Of a DNA stretch of 64,000 nucleotides, positions 61,217-64,000 are shown in pieces; position 1 is the stretch's first letter, and the number at the start of each line of letters is the position of its first letter. The stretch is taken from NCBI GenBank assembly GCA_963702435.1, contig CAVPCR010000001.1, forward strand, positions 480,001 to 544,000. The letters are read 5' to 3'. Made by a program: the position numbers and the translations under genes. Source of the stretch: Candidatus Eiseniibacteriota bacterium. GTDB taxonomy: Bacteria; Eisenbacteria; RBG-16-71-46; CAVPCR01. A model generated the notes under the pieces. That model was not told where the DNA came from. It ran no database searches and saw only the letters and a list, made by a program, of their open reading frames with translations.

Positions 61217-63448
61217 CTATCGCCCGTCGAGGAACCAGCGCACGGCGGCCCGCGACAGGCCGTCGACCTCCGCCGCCGCCAGGAAGTAGAGCGGGAATCC
61301 GCACACGAACACGCGGCCCTGACCCGGTCCCGCATAGCGCAGCGCGCATGCCGCATCGTCGAGGTACGAGCGGCCCGGCGGCGTGAGCTGGAGGCGCGCG
61401 TTCGACTGGTAGAAGTAGAGCGTGTCGAGCCGCCCGCCGAGGGGGGCGAGCTGCGCGCTGATATCGAGCCCGAGCGGCACCACCATCCCCTCGCAGCTGG
61501 GGACTCCCTTGACCGGGTTCGTGAACGGCGCGCGGGCGACGCGCAGATCGGGAAATCCCTCGTTCCGCGCCGTGAGCGAGGCCGTCGCCCCCTCGAAGCC
61601 GTTCAGCCGCTGGAAGGTGACCGTGACGCCGCCGTTCCGGAAGCAGCCGTTGGTGCACTCGGGGCCCTCGCGCACCGATTCGAGCTTCAGGAACCGGTAG
61701 AGGAAATCGTCCGGTGCGAAGCCGAACACGCCGAGGCCCACGGAGCCCTCCGCGCGCCGCGTGCGCGAGAAGGTGCCGGTGCCGGAGAGCCAGAGATCGC
61801 CGCCCGCCTCGACGTAGGCCGCGAGGAAGTTGTCCTCCCCTTCCTTGTTCATGTGGCGGAGCTGGCTCGTCTCCTCGGAGCGCAGGTTCCAGATCACGAG
61901 CTTGTAGCGGGCCAGGTTGGCGAGGGTCACCTGTCCGCGGTAGATCCAGTAGGGCGCGCTCGTCGAGTCGATCTCCATCTCGCGCAGCGTGGCGTTGCCG
62001 CTCCGCGGGTCGAGCGGCTCGTAGCGATCCACGATCCAGTCGGCGTGACCGGCGGCGGCGAGGGCGTCCCGGATGGTCCCCATCACGAACTGGTCGTGAC
62101 ACTGGTCCTGCGGCCAGTCGCCCGACTGGTTCCACGCCGCGGGCGGCGGCGGTGGGCTGCAGTCCGCGTCCACCCGCCCGGTGGAGTCGCCGCCGAAGTC
62201 ATCGACATAGAGGACGTCGCGTTCCTGGGACAGCGGCACCACGACCAGGGTGATGTCGGCGATCAAGGCGGTGCCGACGTCATCGCGGGTGCGTACGTAG
62301 AGGATGTGCTCCTCGGCCCGCGCCCCCGGCGGCAGGTTGAAACGGAGAACGGTCCGGGTGAGCGTGGCGCTCTCCGGCGACCAGCCGGGGTTGGCGAAGT
62401 CGAGGTCGGTCAGGTCGAGACCGTAGGAGTAGCCGGCGATGCGGCCGCCATACTCGGAGGCGTCGGCGCGCCAGGTGAAAGTGATGTTGGTCGAGGCCGG
62501 CACCTGGAAGGTCTTCCGGCGCTCGTCCGCGGTGGGAAAGCCGGTCGACTTGACGGCGCTCGAGACCACGAGCGAGGGCTGCCCGCCGTTCTCGCGGGCG
62601 CGGATGCGGAGGATGTTGGTCGGCCCCGGCGACGCCGACGAGCGCAGGCGGGGCTCGATGGCCCCCGCCTGGTCGAGGGCGCGCACGCCGAACAGGTAGT
62701 CGACGGGAATCGCCAGGTCGCGCAACGGGACGCGCAGGCGCCGCTCGAACGGCGACCAGCCGTCCCCGGGCGAGTCCGGGTCGTAGAGGACCGACTCCAT
62801 CTGGGCGGGCGCGAGACGCAGCACATCGGCGACCGGCACCAGGCGATAGGAATAGCCGACAGGATCCTCGGTGCCGTCGCGATCGGTCCCGCGCCAGCTC
62901 ACGGTGAAGGTAGGGCCGAGCGTGATCAGGACCGCAGGGCTGGGCACCACGATCTCGGTCTCCGGAGCGAAGGTCTCGGCGGTGAAGGACAGGGCGGCCG
63001 GGGCCGACTCCGCGCCGTCGTCGTCGACCGCCTTCAAGAAGAAGGTGTGGGCGCCCCGGAAACGGTAGCGGTCGAGCCACACGCCGGACGGGCCGAGCAC
63101 GATGCGGTCCACGCCGGCCGAGTCGGGTGCCGCGAACATGAGGGTCACCTCGTAGGCCTCCGTCGGGAACCAGGCATCGGGGCTCAGGGTGTCGTCCACC
63201 GCGATGAGGAAGCGGCGTACCTGCCCGTCGGTGTCGGACGCGTTCCAGTTGAAGGTCGTGATGAAGACGTCCACCGAGTCGCGGATGGGACCGGCGGAGA
63301 TGGTGACGACCGGAGGCCGGTTGGGTATCGGGACGTCCTGCGGCGTCTCGGCGCAGGCAGCCAGGGCCAGAACGAGCGCGGCGACGGAGAGACGGCCGGC
63401 GGATCTGCGCGTCCGCTCAGCGGACGATGACCAGGCGGCCGATATCAT
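61217..63448 (-). CDS. Large hypothetical lipoprotein with Ig/FN3-like N-terminal domains
   Basis: Lipobox LAAC; N.PP..TI..GP, W...D.DG, H.F..KAVDDDG; start uncertain. Confidence 0.75.
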   Translation of the reverse strand: MISAAWSSSAERTRRSAGRLSVAALVLALAACAETPQDVPIPNRPPVVTISAGPIRDSVDVFITTFNWNASDTDGQVRRFLIAVDDTLSPDAWFPTEAYEVTLMFAAPDSAGVDRIVLGPSGVWLDRYRFRGAHTFFLKAVDDDGAESAPAALSFTAETFAPETEIVVPSPAVLITLGPTFTVSWRGTDRDGTEDPVGYSYRLVPVADVLRLAPAQMESVLYDPDSPGDGWSPFERRLRVPLRDLAIPVDYLFGVRALDQAGAIEPRLRSSASPGPTNILRIRARENGGQPSLVVSSAVKSTGFPTADERRKTFQVPASTNITFTWRADASEYGGRIAGYSYGLDLTDLDFANPGWSPESATLTRTVLRFNLPPGARAEEHILYVRTRDDVGTALIADITLVVVPLSQERDVLYVDDFGGDSTGRVDADCSPPPPPAAWNQSGDWPQDQCHDQFVMGTIRDALAAAGHADWIVDRYEPLDPRSGNATLREMEIDSTSAPYWIYRGQVTLANLARYKLVIWNLRSEETSQLRHMNKEGEDNFLAAYVEAGGDLWLSGTGTFSRTRRAEGSVGLGVFGFAPDDFLYRFLKLESVREGPECTNGCFRNGGVTVTFQRLNGFEGATASLTARNEGFPDLRVARAPFTNPVKGVPSCEGMVVPLGLDISAQLAPLGGRLDTLYFYQSNARLQLTPPGRSYLDDAACALRYAGPGQGRVFVCGFPLYFLAAAEVDGLSRAAVRWFLDGR

Positions 63449-63998
63449 CGGCCACGCCACCCGGCACCTCGACGTGATAGATGTAGATTCCGGGTTCGAC
63501 CAGTTCTCCATCAGCGTTCTTCAGATCCCAGTCGGCCGAGCCCTGGTTCGCCGGAGCTCCTGCCGACGGGTGATCGAGCCTGCGCACGAGGTCCCCGCCG
63601 ACGGTGAAGACGCGCACGGTGGCTTCAAGGGGCAGGTTGACGAACTGGATCTTGCGCTGTCCGGGCTCGTCCCACGGTGCTGTCGAGATGTAGGGGTTGG
63701 GGATGACGGTGACGCCCCCCAGGTCGGGTGCCGCGAGCGGCGACGGATAGACCGCGGCGTCCAGGCTCGACTGCTCGATCGCATGGGCGCGGAGTGCGCC
63801 CTCCGCCTCGATCGTGCCCTGGTAGACGAACGTGGTGTCGCCGGTCGGCTGGTTCGTCACCGGGTTGATCCGCCGGCAGGGAACCTTCGTCACCTCGAGC
63901 GTGTCTCCCTCGTCGGTCGTGAAGCCGAACCGCTCCTCGTCGCCGCGGAAGAAAGGAAAGATCTCGGGCTGCGGCTGCTCGACCCACAGCGTGTCATT
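63417..63998 (-). CDS. C-terminal part of a protein with a T9SS-like C-terminal domain; 5' partial
   Basis: Frame is open to the window edge; VIPNPY....WD....KIQFVNLP..ATVRVFT..GDLVR.L...WDL.N..G..V..GIYIY.V. Confidence 0.85.
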   Translation of the reverse strand, partial: NDTLWVEQPQPEIFPFFRGDEERFGFTTDEGDTLEVTKVPCRRINPVTNQPTGDTTFVYQGTIEAEGALRAHAIEQSSLDAAVYPSPLAAPDLGGVTVIPNPYISTAPWDEPGQRKIQFVNLPLEATVRVFTVGGDLVRRLDHPSAGAPANQGSADWDLKNADGELVEPGIYIYHVEVPGGVADDIGRLVIVR

Positions 63999-64000
63999 GA

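Noticed and set aside
58857..62135. 1092-aa ORF as one protein
   Set aside because: The N-terminal half is an alternate frame over the GT2 and lipoprotein genes; the real start is 60509 (TGATG coupling).

Overview
Very GC-rich core-genome segment from a diderm bacterium. FlgD-type C-terminal domains, PorV-like barrels and a recurrent 'TWGxIK' C-terminal tail suggest an FCB-related candidate lineage such as Eisenbacteria or Krumholzibacteria; this is inference only. Almost all genes lie on the minus strand. Housekeeping genes: parvulin PPIase, larE, mltG, ruvX, rluD, lspA, dksA/traR, type-2 ileS, PNP, DUF167, divIVA, yggS, ssb, rdgB, rph, murI, GerMN, amidase, smpB, carbamate kinase, aminotransferase, a heavily frameshifted ppdK, asparaginase II and ALDH, plus tmRNA and six tRNAs. 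No integrase, transposase or CRISPR array was seen. Most notable: (1) three unrelated secreted proteins share a short C-terminal VExATWGxIK motif, a candidate sorting signal; (2) a cluster with a dockerin-like protein, two cohesin-like proteins and a PPIase behind strong promoters and a rod-shaped candidate ncRNA; (3) an operon linking a ~2200-aa Ig-repeat surface protein and a PorV-TPR barrel to a membrane RsbW-kinase/HAMP/RsbU-phosphatase/HTH fusion and a STAS protein; (4) a 13-bp duplication that removes the mltG stop codon and fuses mltG to larE; (5) an unexplained ~69-bp triple repeat near tRNA-Leu. All domain calls come from reading motifs by eye; no searches were run.
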